From a bacterium (GTDB lineage: Bacteria > SAR324 > NAC60-12): a DNA stretch of 64,000 nt. This document shows, piece after piece, positions 40,520 to 51,770 of the stretch; within the stretch, counting starts at the first letter, position 1, and every line of letters starts with the position of its first letter. Made by a program: the position numbers and the translations under genes. The stretch lies in the NCBI GenBank assembly GCA_965205865.1, contig CBDBHR010000030.1:960001-1024000 (forward strand), written 5' to 3'. Under the pieces are notes generated by a model. The model ran no database searches. It saw nothing but the letters and a program-made list of their open reading frames with translations, and was not told the origin of the DNA.

Positions 40520-41203
40520 ATGAGCTCATTGAAAATCACATTAAAAGCGGCAGCAACCCTGGATGGAAAAATCGCCACAAAAACCGGACGGTCCAAATGG
40601 ATCACCGGAGAGGAAGCAAGAAAGGTGTCACACATGCTGCGAAGCGAGCATGACGCCATCGTGGTGGGAATCAATACCGTGCTCGCCGATAATCCTCAAC
40701 TGACAACTCGTGACGTCCCTGGCGGGCAATCTCCAATGAGGATCATCCTGGATTCACAATGCCGGATTCCTCTTGATAGCGCCTGCCTGGTGGACGATGG
40801 TGTCCTTTGTCTGGTTGTGGTGGGCTCCAAGAGTTCGCAATCCAAAAGAAAAGGATTGCAAAAACAGAGTGCCGCCCGAAAACACATCCGTCTCCTGCTA
40901 GCCCCAACCCCGCAGCCACAAATCAAATGGTTGCTTCCGCAACTTGCGCAGTATAAAATAACTCGTCTTTTGGTTGAGGGAGGAAGCCGGGTACACGCTG
41001 GTTTCATTCGGGAAAATTGCGCAGATCATCTGGTCCTCTTTCTTTCCGGTAAGCTGATAGGAGGAAATGAAGCGCTTTCCTGGTGTGGTGATATGAACGG
41101 CATGGAACTGGAGAAAGCACCCCGGTTAAAAATTCAATCCATACGCATGGTTGGAAAGGATTTAATGATTCATGCCGATTTTATGAGGGAATTATATGAG
41201 TAA
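40520..41203 (+). CDS. ribD: Stand-alone RibD reductase domain
   Basis: [39 protein letters not shown]; no deaminase domain. Confidence 0.85.
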   Translation: MSSLKITLKAAATLDGKIATKTGRSKWITGEEARKVSHMLRSEHDAIVVGINTVLADNPQLTTRDVPGGQSPMRIILDSQCRIPLDSACLVDDGVLCLVVVGSKSSQSKRKGLQKQSAARKHIRLLLAPTPQPQIKWLLPQLAQYKITRLLVEGGSRVHAGFIRENCADHLVLFLSGKLIGGNEALSWCGDMNGMELEKAPRLKIQSIRMVGKDLMIHADFMRELYE

Positions 41204-42422
41204 AGAGGAGAATCTCCCCCTGCGCTTTGATACTATTGAAGAAGCAATCGCCGACGTCCACAAAGGGAAATTGTTCATATTAATGGATGATCCGGATAGG
41301 GAAAATGAAGGCGACTTGGTTTGCGCCGCCGAGAAAGTGACAGCTGAGATTATCAATTTCATGGCCAAATATGGGCGCGGTCTGATTTGCCTGGCTCTGG
41401 ATTCAGCAAGGGTCAATCAGTTGAAACTGCCACTGATGGTTCAGCACAATGAAGCGGAATTTGGTACCAATTTCACCGTCAGTATTGAAGCGGCATCGGG
41501 AGTGACGACCGGTATTTCAGCGGCAGACCGCGCTCGCACGATTCAAGTGGCAATGGCTCCCAATGCAGTTGCGCAAGACTTGCACCGTCCAGGGCATATT
41601 TTCCCTTTACTCGCGCAAGATGGTGGTGTGTTGAAACGTGCGGGCCAAACAGAAGGTTCTGTTGATATCACCCGGATGGCGGGATTGTCTCCAGGTGGGG
41701 TGGTTTGTGAAATTCTCAATGAAGATGGCACCATGGCCCGCTATCCTCAATTGAGGAAGTTTGCGGACAAACACGATTTTAAACTGATCACCATTGCAGA
41801 TTTGATTCGCTACCGCAAAAGAACCGAGGTTCTTGTCAAACGACAAGCAGAGGCAAATTTACCGACTGTTTTTGGCGAATTCAGAATTGTTGCCTTCCAA
41901 AACATCCTGGACGATAGCGATTATGTGGCCTTGGTGAAAGGCCATTGGCAGGAAAATGAACCTGTTTTGGTCCGGGTACACTCCCAGTGCTTGACCGGCG
42001 ATGTTTTCGGTTCCTTTCGCTGTGATTGCGGAATGCAGCTGTATGCAGCCATGAAGAAAGTGGGTCAGGAAGGAAAAGGCATCGTCCTTTATTTGCCCCA
42101 AGAAGGACGGGGAATTGGATTGATTAATAAAATCAGAGCATATGGCCTGCAAGAGCAAGGAAACGACACCGTGGAGGCCAATCATAAACTCGGCTTCAGT
42201 GAGGACCTGAGAGATTATGGAATCGGGGCTCAGATCTTATCCATTCTGGGTGTGAGAAAAATGCGGCTGATGACCAATAATCCCAAAAAAATCGTAGGCG
42301 TGCAAGGCCATGATCTGGAAGTCGTAGAGCGGGTGCCCCTGGAAATCAAGGCCCATCCTCAAAATGAAGACTATCTTTTGACGAAGAAATTGAAAATGGG
42401 GCACATGCTGAAAAGAATTTAG
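41196..42422 (+). CDS. ribBA: DHBP synthase / GTP cyclohydrolase II
   Basis: [37 protein letters not shown]. Confidence 0.95.
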   Translation: MSKEENLPLRFDTIEEAIADVHKGKLFILMDDPDRENEGDLVCAAEKVTAEIINFMAKYGRGLICLALDSARVNQLKLPLMVQHNEAEFGTNFTVSIEAASGVTTGISAADRARTIQVAMAPNAVAQDLHRPGHIFPLLAQDGGVLKRAGQTEGSVDITRMAGLSPGGVVCEILNEDGTMARYPQLRKFADKHDFKLITIADLIRYRKRTEVLVKRQAEANLPTVFGEFRIVAFQNILDDSDYVALVKGHWQENEPVLVRVHSQCLTGDVFGSFRCDCGMQLYAAMKKVGQEGKGIVLYLPQEGRGIGLINKIRAYGLQEQGNDTVEANHKLGFSEDLRDYGIGAQILSILGVRKMRLMTNNPKKIVGVQGHDLEVVERVPLEIKAHPQNEDYLLTKKLKMGHMLKRI

Positions 42423-42477
42423 GAAATGCAAACGGCAATGGAACCCACATTCCTTATGCGGTGATTCCCGGACAATC

Positions 42478-43320
42478 GTGAAATCTCGAGAAACAACCAA
42501 ACGATTCCATCGAATCGTCAGAAACCCGGCGCTGCAAACGGCTCCGACGTCGGCCTCCTCCGAATTACTTTATGGAATTTTGCCTGTCCGGCAAGCTCTC
42601 TTGCATCGCAAGCGCGCCTTGATTTCCCTTGCCATCAAAGAGCGCTTTGCTTCAAAGCGTTTGAAGGAACTGCGGGACATGGCGGAAAAAATCGGCGTGC
42701 CTGTCCATTTTTTGAATCAGTCCCGGTTGGATGCGCTTTGCCCCGCGATTCCTCATCAAGGAGCGGTTTTGACTTGTGGCATGTTGCCTTATGCCGACCA
42801 CGACCTGCCGGATGCACCACTTCAGTTGCCCGGGGCAAGTCAATTCCCCATTTATGTGGCTCTGGATCAGATTGAAGATCCACACAACTTAGGAGCCATT
42901 GTGCGTTCATGCGCTTTTTTTGATGTTTCCGGAGTGATTGTCCCCCGCCAACGTTCCTCTCCTTTGAACCCTGTCGTTTCCAAAAGCTCCGCCGGTGTTG
43001 TGGAGTCTTTTCCCGTAATTGCGGTTGCCAACCTTTCTCGGTTCTTGAAAACGCAAAAAAAGAAAGGCTATTGGATAGTTGGCTTGGACACGGAAGCGGA
43101 GATGCCCATGACGACTCTGTTCCATGACCGTCCCTATATCCTGGTTGTGGGCAATGAGGGTCGGGGAATGCGCCAGCTGGTCAAATCGATCTGTGATTGG
43201 CAGGTCACGATTCAAGGAAACATGAAAGGGGCGGCCCTCAACGTGAGCAATGCCACCGCCATTGCCCTCTATCAACTGACACATCGACGGTCCGCCAATA
43301 CGGCTTCCTTTTCTCTTTGA
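42478..43320 (+). CDS. rlmB: 23S rRNA Gm2251 methyltransferase (SpoU family)
   Basis: HQG, DPHNLGAIVRS, GNEGRG, LNVSNA. Confidence 0.85.
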   Translation: MKSRETTKRFHRIVRNPALQTAPTSASSELLYGILPVRQALLHRKRALISLAIKERFASKRLKELRDMAEKIGVPVHFLNQSRLDALCPAIPHQGAVLTCGMLPYADHDLPDAPLQLPGASQFPIYVALDQIEDPHNLGAIVRSCAFFDVSGVIVPRQRSSPLNPVVSKSSAGVVESFPVIAVANLSRFLKTQKKKGYWIVGLDTEAEMPMTTLFHDRPYILVVGNEGRGMRQLVKSICDWQVTIQGNMKGAALNVSNATAIALYQLTHRRSANTASFSL

Positions 43321-43321
43321 C

Positions 43322-44452
43322 TCAGCCGTCCACCTGAAAGCGCCGCATTCGGATATTGAGCAGTAAACCGATTCCAAACATCATGGACAGCATTGAAGAA
43401 CCGCCATAGCTGAAAAAAGGAAGCGGCACTCCGACAACCGGCATCAACCCCAAAACCATCCCGATGTTGATCAGCACGTGGGAGGTGATGACGGAAACAA
43501 TGCCAACCACCAGAATCGCACTGGAGCGGTCCTTGGTTTTCAAAATCCCGGTCAACGCCCAGAGAATGAGAAAAAGGAAGAGGGTCAAGACCGCTAAGCC
43601 TCCACTGAATCCCCATTCTTCGGTAAAAACGGAGAATATAAAATCGGTATGATGGGCGGGAAGAAAGTTCAGTTTTCCTTGGGTTCCCTGCTCGAATCCT
43701 TTCCCCCAGATACGACCGCTGCCAATAGCAATCATGGATTGGATCACCTGGTATCCGGCACCGAGCGCATCCCGTTCCGGGTTGATGAACGTCAAGATGC
43801 GGTCCTGCTGATAAGGTTTAAGAATGGGATTCAAAAGATAAGGAATGCCGAACCAGGCCACAATTGAAGAGAGCATCAAAAGGAATCCGATGGCCAGCAT
43901 TGTCAACTTGCGAATACCAACTAAAAAAATGACGAAACTATAGGTAATCAGGAGCAACAACGCCGTTCCCAAATCAGGCTGCCTCAAAATCAGGACGAAG
44001 TGGATCATGACCAGGACGGTGGGCCAGATCAGTTCGATGAAACCTATATTTCCAATTCGACGCGCATCTCGAAAATGATGGGCCAACACCAAGACCAGGG
44101 TGAATTTTGAAAATTCGGACGGTTGTACAAAAACCCCCCCCAAATCAAGCCACCGTTTGACCGGTGTTCCAGGACCTCCTACTCCAATCAGCAAAACCAG
44201 AACCAGCAAGAGTAAAATCCCGGTATGGAGCAAAATTCCCCATTTGATGAGAATCCGATAGTGAATCAACGTGGTGCAAAAAGCGACTCCCACTCCCAGG
44301 AATATCCAGTACAGTTGACGAAATTTGTAGTTCGCCATTTCAGGTGTTCCGATGGTAGCCGAATGAATGGCAGCGAGGCCAATGGTACAAATCACCAGCA
44401 CTATGCCACACAAAATCCAATCAAAATTGGACAACAATCGCCTATCAAACAT
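43322..44452 (-). CDS. rodA: Rod shape-determining SEDS protein
   Basis: QPSEF, QPDLGTA, GYQVIQSMIAIGSG, HTDFIFSV, SYGGSS. Confidence 0.92.
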   Translation of the reverse strand: MFDRRLLSNFDWILCGIVLVICTIGLAAIHSATIGTPEMANYKFRQLYWIFLGVGVAFCTTLIHYRILIKWGILLHTGILLLLVLVLLIGVGGPGTPVKRWLDLGGVFVQPSEFSKFTLVLVLAHHFRDARRIGNIGFIELIWPTVLVMIHFVLILRQPDLGTALLLLITYSFVIFLVGIRKLTMLAIGFLLMLSSIVAWFGIPYLLNPILKPYQQDRILTFINPERDALGAGYQVIQSMIAIGSGRIWGKGFEQGTQGKLNFLPAHHTDFIFSVFTEEWGFSGGLAVLTLFLFLILWALTGILKTKDRSSAILVVGIVSVITSHVLINIGMVLGLMPVVGVPLPFFSYGGSSMLSMMFGIGLLLNIRMRRFQVDG

Positions 44453-44784
44453 TATTCCAACCCTGCACCATCCATTTCAAACAACCACTGCGCCAACCTA
44501 TCCCGTCCTTAAACCATTTATTGCATTTGATAGAGTTCCCTCCAATTGCTCTTTAAAATTGGTTTCGCTCCGGGAACAACCGGGAATACTCAGAGGGAAT
44601 CAGAAAAAGGTAGCAGAGGTCAATGGAAAAGTCATCATCCCCTTATGGCTATATGGGAAAATTGATGGACAAAATATAATTTCATTGATATAAACATTAG
44701 ATACCGGTTGCTGTTGATGCGAGTATTTTCAGAGCAGGAATCGGCTTGTGAACCAGTATTTTAATCTTCTAAAAAATCTTTTTT

Positions 44785-45153
44785 ATGATTACGCTTACAA
44801 CGGCAGCTGCAAAAGAAATCAAGAAAATCATGGCAGAACAACATCTTCCCCACGAGGTCAAGATCCGTGTTGGGGTTAAAGGAGGAGGATGTTCCGGTTT
44901 TACTTATACCTTTGAATTCGATTCGAAAAAACGCAAGTTTGACCTAGAATTTGAATCTCGGGATTTGCGGATTTTGGTGGACAAGAAGAGTAATTTGTAT
45001 ATCAAGGACACTGAAATCGACTGGAGTTATGGCTTGATGGATCGTGGATTGAGATTCAACAATCCAGGTGCAAAAAGCTCCTGCGGCTGCAAAACATCCT
45101 TCATGTTCGAACCCCCGGAAGAGATGGCAAGGCTGCCCACTCCCTGGAATTGA
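44785..45153 (+). CDS. iscA: A-type Fe-S carrier (IscA/HesB family)
   Basis: GGGCSG, NPGAKSSCGC. Confidence 0.85.
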   Translation: MITLTTAAAKEIKKIMAEQHLPHEVKIRVGVKGGGCSGFTYTFEFDSKKRKFDLEFESRDLRILVDKKSNLYIKDTEIDWSYGLMDRGLRFNNPGAKSSCGCKTSFMFEPPEEMARLPTPWN

Positions 45154-45177
45154 TTCCCATTATCTCTTGAAAGTAAT

Positions 45178-45432
45178 ATGAACGGACCCTTTGGTCAATC
45201 CATTGAAGAACAGGTAAAAACCTGCATAGAAACTGCGATTCCTCAGTCACGGGCGCAAGTGCGCAGCAACGGTAATCATTTTGAGATTACGGTGGTTTCT
45301 CCCGCGTTTGAAGGCAAGGGATTGTTGGACAAACAGCGCATGGTCTATTCGGCAATTGCATCCTTCATGTCCGGCCCCAATGCACCCATTCATGCCGTGG
45401 ACCGTTTACGAACTCTCTGTTCTGAGACATGA
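45178..45432 (+). CDS. BolA/IbaG family protein
   Basis: HFEITVVSPAFEGK..QRMVY..IHA. Confidence 0.85.
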   Translation: MNGPFGQSIEEQVKTCIETAIPQSRAQVRSNGNHFEITVVSPAFEGKGLLDKQRMVYSAIASFMSGPNAPIHAVDRLRTLCSET

Positions 45433-45548
45433 CAAACCGGCTTATTCCTTGCCAATGCAGCGACTTTTTTCCCCTCTGATTCGATACTTTTCTTCAATAG
45501 GAAGCAAAAAGCGAAGCACTATGCGATCATTTTTAATATGGAAAATTC

Positions 45549-45863
45549 ATGAAAATTGAAGGCAAGCGAGTTACCTTCTCAAAAAAACCGGATGTGAAAT
45601 ATTCGGGTAACCTCATTCAAACAACCGAAGACCAAATCACCTTGGAAGGTGTGGACGAGGATTCATACATAAAAATTTATTCTCCATTTCGTGGAATTGC
45701 CCAATTGCTGCTCTTTGAGAACGGAAAATGGATTGATGCCCAAAGTGGTTCTTCCCAATTTGATTTTTCTTCGCTGGGACTTGGCGATCTTCCGGATTCG
45801 GACAATTTGGAGGAGAGTGCGGAGCAAGCGGAAGACCTGAAGAAAAAAGAGGATTTGCTTTAA
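45549..45863 (+). CDS. Hypothetical protein with acidic tail, directly upstream of gyrA
   Basis: 104-aa ORF ending 13 bp before the gyrA ATG. Confidence 0.65.
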   Translation: MKIEGKRVTFSKKPDVKYSGNLIQTTEDQITLEGVDEDSYIKIYSPFRGIAQLLLFENGKWIDAQSGSSQFDFSSLGLGDLPDSDNLEESAEQAEDLKKKEDLL

Positions 45864-45876
45864 TCGTGAATTGACG

Positions 45877-48327
45877 ATGACTGAGAAAATCATTGAGACG
45901 GATATCTCCCGGGAGATGCGCGATTCTTATTTGGAATACGCCATGAGCGTCATTATCGGACGCGCATTACCGGACGTCCGCGATGGTCTTAAACCCGTAC
46001 ATCGCCGAACTTTGTTTTCTATGACCGAGCAAGGCAATGACTACAATAAACCTTACCGAAAATCGGCGAGGGTGGTGGGGGACGTGATAGGTAAATACCA
46101 TCCTCATGGGGAGACTGCCGTTTACGATACCATCGTCCGCATGGCGCAACATTTTTCCATGCGTTATCCCTTGGTAGATGGTCAGGGAAATTTTGGTTCA
46201 GTCGATGGAGATTCTGCCGCTGCCATGCGTTACACGGAAATACGCATGGAACGTATCACCCACGAAATGATGACGGATCTGGAAAAAGATACGGTGGAGT
46301 TTGTCCCCAATTATGACGAGTCCTTCGAGGAGCCCAGCGTTCTGCCTACTAAAATACCCAATTTGCTGGTCAACGGTTCCTCGGGAATTGCCGTAGGAAT
46401 GGCAAGCAATATTCCTCCTCACAATCTCAGCGAAGTGATGAATGGTCTGCTTTATTATATGGACAACCAGAACAATGCGTCACTGCCTGAATTGATGGCG
46501 CATTTGCCCGGACCGGATTTTCCCACCGGAGGGCGAATCATGGGAAGATCCGGTATTTATGGCGCATACCAAAGCGGAAGAGGGATCATCGTGGTGCGGG
46601 CGCAAACCCACTTTGAGAAGGGACATGGAGATACGGAAAATATTATTGTGACGGAGTTGCCCTATATGGTCAACAAAGCCAATCTGATTGAAAAAATTGC
46701 CGGACTCGTACGCGACAAAAAAATCGAAGGTATTTCGGATTTACGGGATGAATCGGACCGCAAAGGGATGCGCATTTACATCCAGGTCAAACGTAATGAT
46801 AATCCGGAAGTCGTTTTGAGCAGTCTTTATAAACATACCGCCATGCAGTCTTCGTTTGGCATTATCATGCTCGCTATCGTCGATCAGCAGCCCAAAGTAT
46901 TGCCCTTGCCGCAAATCCTTCGTTTGTTCTTGGAACATCGCATGTTGATTGTCGGGCGAAGGATCCGGTATGAATTGAATCAGGCAGAAGCCAAAGCTCA
47001 TATTCTGTTAGGATTGACCATCGCTCTTTCTCACCTGGATGCAGTGATCGAACAGATACGCAATGCGGAGAATGGGGCGGTTGCCAAAGAGGAGTTGGTC
47101 GAAAATTTCAACCTTTCAGACAAGCAGGCTCAGGCCATTCTGGATATGAGGTTGCAACGTCTGACAGGATTGGAACGAGAAAAAGTTTTTCAGGATTTCG
47201 AGAAACTGAAAAAAGAGATTCAAACATTTCAGGAGATCCTTGCCGACGACCGACGTATTTTGGACATTATCCGGCAAGAATGCCTGGAAATCCGAGATAG
47301 ATACGGAGATCCCCGCCGTACCGAGATTTCTGAAGAAGACAGTTCCATTGCAATCGAGGAATTGATTACCCGTGAAGACATGGTGGTCACCATTTCCCAC
47401 AGTGGCTACATCAAGCGCAGTTCTGTCAGTGAATACCGCGTGCAACGCCGTGGCGGAAAAGGGCGGATAGGCATGAGCATAAAAGATGAAGATTTTGTGG
47501 AAAAAATGTTCGTGGCATCCACGCATGATCACTTACTGATATTCACGACGTTTGGGCAAGTTTTCGCCATGAAGGTCTATGAATTGCCCCAGGCGGGTCC
47601 TGCCAGCAAAGGAAAAGCCATCGTCAATCTTTTGCCATTGAGGGCAGAAGAAAAAGTTTGCGCCTACCTCAATGCCCCTGAATTTACGGAGGATCGCCAT
47701 GTGTTGATGTGCACAGTCAATGGTCTCTGTAAAAAAACCAATCTCTATGCATTTCGTAAAGTGCGCGCCACCGGGATTCGGGCTATCACACTCTCTGAGA
47801 AAGACACCATGCTCTCAGCCCAACTGACAGACGGGAATCAGGAAGTTCTGTTTGCCACGCGGCTGGGGATGAGTTTAAGGATTCATGAAAGCCAGATCCG
47901 TGCGATGGGCCGGGAAGCTCGTGGGGTGATTGGGATACGAATGAAAGAGCAAGATCAGTTGGTCACCATGGAAGTTTTGCAGAAAACAGGAGCTATTCTG
48001 ACAGTGACCGAGAACGGTTATGGCAAAAAGACGCTGCTTGAAGACTACCCGCTTTCTAAAAATCGAGGCAACCAGGGAGTTCGTACCATCAAAACCTCCG
48101 AGCGGAATGGTCACGTTATTGGCGCCCTGGAAATCGGAGAAGATTATCAGGTCTTGCTCGTCACTCAATTTGGAAAAGTGATCCGTATCAAAACCGATCA
48201 AATCCCGGTCATTGGTCGCATTACCCAAGGGGTGCGGCTTTTCAATCTGGAAGAGCAAGAGAAGGTCATTGATCTTGCCCGGTTATTGGAAGAATCGGAT
48301 GAAGAAGAGGAGAAGGAGCCCCTCTGA
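45877..48327 (+). CDS. gyrA: DNA gyrase subunit A
   Basis: [13 protein letters not shown], GyrA-box QRRGGKG. Confidence 0.96.
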   Translation: MTEKIIETDISREMRDSYLEYAMSVIIGRALPDVRDGLKPVHRRTLFSMTEQGNDYNKPYRKSARVVGDVIGKYHPHGETAVYDTIVRMAQHFSMRYPLVDGQGNFGSVDGDSAAAMRYTEIRMERITHEMMTDLEKDTVEFVPNYDESFEEPSVLPTKIPNLLVNGSSGIAVGMASNIPPHNLSEVMNGLLYYMDNQNNASLPELMAHLPGPDFPTGGRIMGRSGIYGAYQSGRGIIVVRAQTHFEKGHGDTENIIVTELPYMVNKANLIEKIAGLVRDKKIEGISDLRDESDRKGMRIYIQVKRNDNPEVVLSSLYKHTAMQSSFGIIMLAIVDQQPKVLPLPQILRLFLEHRMLIVGRRIRYELNQAEAKAHILLGLTIALSHLDAVIEQIRNAENGAVAKEELVENFNLSDKQAQAILDMRLQRLTGLEREKVFQDFEKLKKEIQTFQEILADDRRILDIIRQECLEIRDRYGDPRRTEISEEDSSIAIEELITREDMVVTISHSGYIKRSSVSEYRVQRRGGKGRIGMSIKDEDFVEKMFVASTHDHLLIFTTFGQVFAMKVYELPQAGPASKGKAIVNLLPLRAEEKVCAYLNAPEFTEDRHVLMCTVNGLCKKTNLYAFRKVRATGIRAITLSEKDTMLSAQLTDGNQEVLFATRLGMSLRIHESQIRAMGREARGVIGIRMKEQDQLVTMEVLQKTGAILTVTENGYGKKTLLEDYPLSKNRGNQGVRTIKTSERNGHVIGALEIGEDYQVLLVTQFGKVIRIKTDQIPVIGRITQGVRLFNLEEQEKVIDLARLLEESDEEEEKEPL

Positions 48328-48329
48328 GG

Positions 48330-48790
48330 AGCAGCATTCCTCATTGCCCCGCGAAATGCTTTTCAAACCACGCATTTTGGGATTCCGGTAGTTTTTTTTG
48401 GCTTTGCCCGTGGATTTCTTCTTCCATTTTTTACGTCGATTAGCTGCCAGCTTGAATGCTTTTTCTTCTCCGTGTTTATTGATTGAAAACACGCGACATC
48501 GATGGATTCCGTATTCAGCGCTCCAAGATACCGAAGAAATACGCTGAAAATATCACCGCGATTCTTTTTCCTCGTCAGTGAACCCCAATCACTCGGATCT
48601 TGTTGCATTCGTCCCGTCTGACAATACGACGGACAGGATAGGACTATCCGATTTCCTAAATCAAGTCATCAAGGAACTCGATGGCTTGTTCCGGCACTAT
48701 TTTACTCCCATTGCATTTGAGATCATCGAACAACTCGGAATGATTGACGAAAGCAATTTCAGAGTGGAAAATACCAACGGAAAATCATAA
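48330..48790 (-). pseudogene. Highly degenerate AP2-domain protein
   Basis: Fragments SELFDDLKCNG..AIEFLDDL, NKIRVIGV and FSINKHGEEKAFKLA, separated by stops and frameshifts. Confidence 0.5.
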
Positions 48791-49070
48791 TTTTGCTGGC
48801 AAACAGGGAATCAGCAGATGTTCATGGCGCATCCGATAGTCCGGCCAATTTAAGAAAAAAATTCATTCGTGGGCACTATTTTTTTTCTAATGAAATCATA
48901 ACGATAGTTATAAAAATATGATTTTTTTAGCAATTTTTTTTAGGGTTTTTAATCAAATATTTGGGGCTAACAATCTGATATTTAAGGGTATCTTTTTCGT
49001 TGCTTTCCCATTCAGGATTCTCTATTGTGTGGGTACTTCACAAAAAAAGAGGGATATCGACTGAATCAGT

Positions 49071-49114
49071 ATCGACCACAAGGAGGTGGCACTCAATCGA
49101 CCACAAGGAGGTGG
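49071..49114 (+). repeat. Two 19-bp direct repeats ATCGACCACAAGGAGGTGG (25-bp period)
   Basis: 49071-49089 and 49096-49114, upstream of the DnaA-like gene. Confidence 0.9.
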
Positions 49115-49163
49115 TACTAATAGCAAAAGGTAATTTCAAGTCAAGCGAGATCGAGTAATCCAA

Positions 49164-50693
49164 ATGGAAGTGGATTTGGGGAAGAGGATGGATCTGAATA
49201 AAAGATGGTCGCTGCTTAAAGAACAACTTTGCAAAGAGTTGAAACCCGAACAGTATGAAGGGTGGATCGATCAAATTGTCTTGGCAGAAGCTTCTATCAG
49301 GAAAATCATTATTGCAGGCATTCCCCATCCTCTCTTTAGAGATGATATTGCAAGCAACTATGATCGCTTGTTTCGCAGGCTCCTCAACGAAATCTTTCCG
49401 GAAATCGCCCCTGTTTATAAGAAAAGAATCAAATACTGCGTGGGGACGTGCGATGTTGATCAAAAAGATCCTGTCCAAACGGAATTTGTTTTTGAAGAAT
49501 CCAGTGATGATATTTCTTCGGAAGAATTGCTGATCAGCGGCTCCAATCCTTCAGGGAAAAAAGCAAGAGCCATACTTGCCGGCAAGAAAGTCATTCCTCT
49601 ACAGACGTCGGATTTCGCCGCATTATTCAATCCCAAACACTCTCTGGATTCTTTAATTGTCAGTGAACACAACAAACTGGCTTATGAAGCGGCCCGGCAC
49701 ATTATTCATGCTCCTGGCGCTTCATACAATCCATTTTATATTTACGGAGAATTAGGGTTGGGCAAGACGCATCTACTGGAAGCCATCGGGCGGGCTTTTT
49801 TCCAGTTGCATCCGGGTTCCACCGTGATCTATCTCACTGCAGAATCTTTTTTGAATGATTATGTAGAACATATCCAGCAAAAGAAAATGAGCAATTTTCG
49901 ACAGCGGTACCGTAAAATGGATATGGTTTTGATTGATCGCGTGCAATTCATTTCAGGCGCCAAATATTTTCAGGAAGAGTTGTATCATACCATTGAATCC
50001 CTACAAAAAGCGGGGAAACAGGTTGTGGTGACCTGCAATCAGCTCAGTCGAAATATAAAAGAAATGAATCCCTCCCTCAGTTCCCTGTTGGAATCGGGAT
50101 TGATGGTGGAGATCACTAATCCGGACCTGGAAACCCGAATGGCGATTCTACGGAACCGGGCACGGAGGGATCATGTGAAACTCCCTCCGGAAGTTTGTTA
50201 TTTCATTGCCCAGCATATCACCACGAATGTTCGGAAAATGGAAAGTGCCCTGATCCGCTTGGGAGCGCATGCTTCCCTCCTTGGTCAAAAGATCACACTG
50301 GAATTTGCAAAAAGGAATTTGTCCGATCTGCTGGAAACTCCCTTTCATGAAGACCAAGTTGATCTGATTCTTCAAAAAATCTGTACCATGTCTCAGGTAT
50401 CTCGCTCTGATCTCAAATCAGGAGTGCGTGCCAGTCACGTGGTTTGCGCAAGACTGATGGGCATGTATTTGCTGAAAGAGTTGACGGATTTGTCCCTCAC
50501 TGAAATTGGCGCTCAATTTGGCAATCGGACCCATTCTGCCATTCATGACTCTATTAAACGGATTCGTAAAAGAATGGAAACGGACGACGTGTTGTGTCAA
50601 CAGCTTCAATTGCTGAAAGAGGATCTATCCCGGACCTGCGCAAAGCCAATGAAGATCCCTCGAAAGACCTGCGAAATGAAGCAACTCCCATGA
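49164..50693 (+). CDS. DnaA-like protein (divergent paralog)
   Basis: YNPFYIYGELGLGKTHLL, PDLETRMAIL, NVRKMESAL, domain IV SLTEIGAQFGNRTHS; several key residues altered; no dnaN adjacent. Confidence 0.85.
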   Translation: MEVDLGKRMDLNKRWSLLKEQLCKELKPEQYEGWIDQIVLAEASIRKIIIAGIPHPLFRDDIASNYDRLFRRLLNEIFPEIAPVYKKRIKYCVGTCDVDQKDPVQTEFVFEESSDDISSEELLISGSNPSGKKARAILAGKKVIPLQTSDFAALFNPKHSLDSLIVSEHNKLAYEAARHIIHAPGASYNPFYIYGELGLGKTHLLEAIGRAFFQLHPGSTVIYLTAESFLNDYVEHIQQKKMSNFRQRYRKMDMVLIDRVQFISGAKYFQEELYHTIESLQKAGKQVVVTCNQLSRNIKEMNPSLSSLLESGLMVEITNPDLETRMAILRNRARRDHVKLPPEVCYFIAQHITTNVRKMESALIRLGAHASLLGQKITLEFAKRNLSDLLETPFHEDQVDLILQKICTMSQVSRSDLKSGVRASHVVCARLMGMYLLKELTDLSLTEIGAQFGNRTHSAIHDSIKRIRKRMETDDVLCQQLQLLKEDLSRTCAKPMKIPRKTCEMKQLP

Positions 50694-50707
50694 AAATCAG
50701 ATGCTCT

Positions 50708-51709
50708 TCATTTCTCTGTTGTAATCATTCCTTTGAAAAACAAACCAAATTCTCCGGGAAGATAATCCTGGATCATGCCAAAATAGCGATTCCACGGAGC
50801 AACGGGCAGACGTTCGCGGCTTTGATAATACAGGGAGGTTTCACTGTGCTTCCAGCGTTCCTGTAAGAATGTTTTTAAAGGAGACTCCTCGCTCAAGCCT
50901 TCCAATACGATCACGCGCGAGCCTGAACCCGTAGCGTATTTTTCAAAATGCGCCACAATTTCTGCGCCTTTGTCTGCAGCCAGGTAACGTTCTAAAAGGA
51001 GGGTCGCCTGGTAATCAATTTTGATCCAATTGGTCAAATCCAACAACTCCAAATGTACTTCTGCATCCATTTTATTGGAATCATCCAGCACGAAGCCGAT
51101 TTCCAGGTCCTGGGCCAGGGTACGAATCGTCTTCAAATAATCTTTGGTGACATGTTCGCTCAGCTCCAGGTAAAAAAGGCGTTTATATTCGGGAAACAGT
51201 TGGAGGAGCAGTTTCAAGGCCATCGGGTAGTTCAAATAGTCCGCGTCCACATTTTGGGTGAACCGCAGCGTGCCCAGGTTTTCATGGGAAAGGTCGGTTT
51301 GCTGCTTCAAGAGACGCAAAGTGACCAAGGCTGCAATCAGGGACGCAAAACGCACCAGGACAGAAGAAATTCGTAATGCTTGGCATTGTTGCAGAATTCC
51401 ACCAAAACTGCGGCCTTCCCGGTCGATGGACAGCATTTCAAATCCCTTCGTTAAAGGATAGACGTCGTGGGCGGTAAGGACATCTACCGATTCGGCCTTC
51501 ACCGAAAACCATTTGAGATAATTTTTTGCGCGTTCACTCAGTTTTTGCCATTCTCTTGTCATCAGAATGGAGAGTAATTTTTCTATAATGGAAGGGAAGC
51601 AGGTCAGGGGGATGTTGGGTGGGACTAACAGTACAGCGGATTCGGCAAGCTTGTCATCATCCAGCATGTCTCCTATTTCAGCAGCTAAATCCAGGGAAGA
51701 TAAACTCAT
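50708..51709 (-). CDS. Divergent EAL-domain-like protein
   Basis: Ordered motifs GFEML, QNV, LELSE, VLDD, IKID, LEG, YQ. Confidence 0.6.
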   Translation of the reverse strand: MSLSSLDLAAEIGDMLDDDKLAESAVLLVPPNIPLTCFPSIIEKLLSILMTREWQKLSERAKNYLKWFSVKAESVDVLTAHDVYPLTKGFEMLSIDREGRSFGGILQQCQALRISSVLVRFASLIAALVTLRLLKQQTDLSHENLGTLRFTQNVDADYLNYPMALKLLLQLFPEYKRLFYLELSEHVTKDYLKTIRTLAQDLEIGFVLDDSNKMDAEVHLELLDLTNWIKIDYQATLLLERYLAADKGAEIVAHFEKYATGSGSRVIVLEGLSEESPLKTFLQERWKHSETSLYYQSRERLPVAPWNRYFGMIQDYLPGEFGLFFKGMITTEK

Positions 51710-51770
51710 AGAATGGTCTTTATGGGAACTGCAACATTTTTTTGCGCAGAGACAAACGATATCCAGGAAA

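Noticed and set aside
39150-40520. FMN riboswitch upstream of rib genes
   Set aside because: No RFN consensus blocks (AGGGCGGGGTG..TTCCCGACCG) seen
48800-49160. oriC next to the dnaA-like gene
   Set aside because: AT-rich, but no canonical DnaA-box cluster seen and no dnaN or rpmH context
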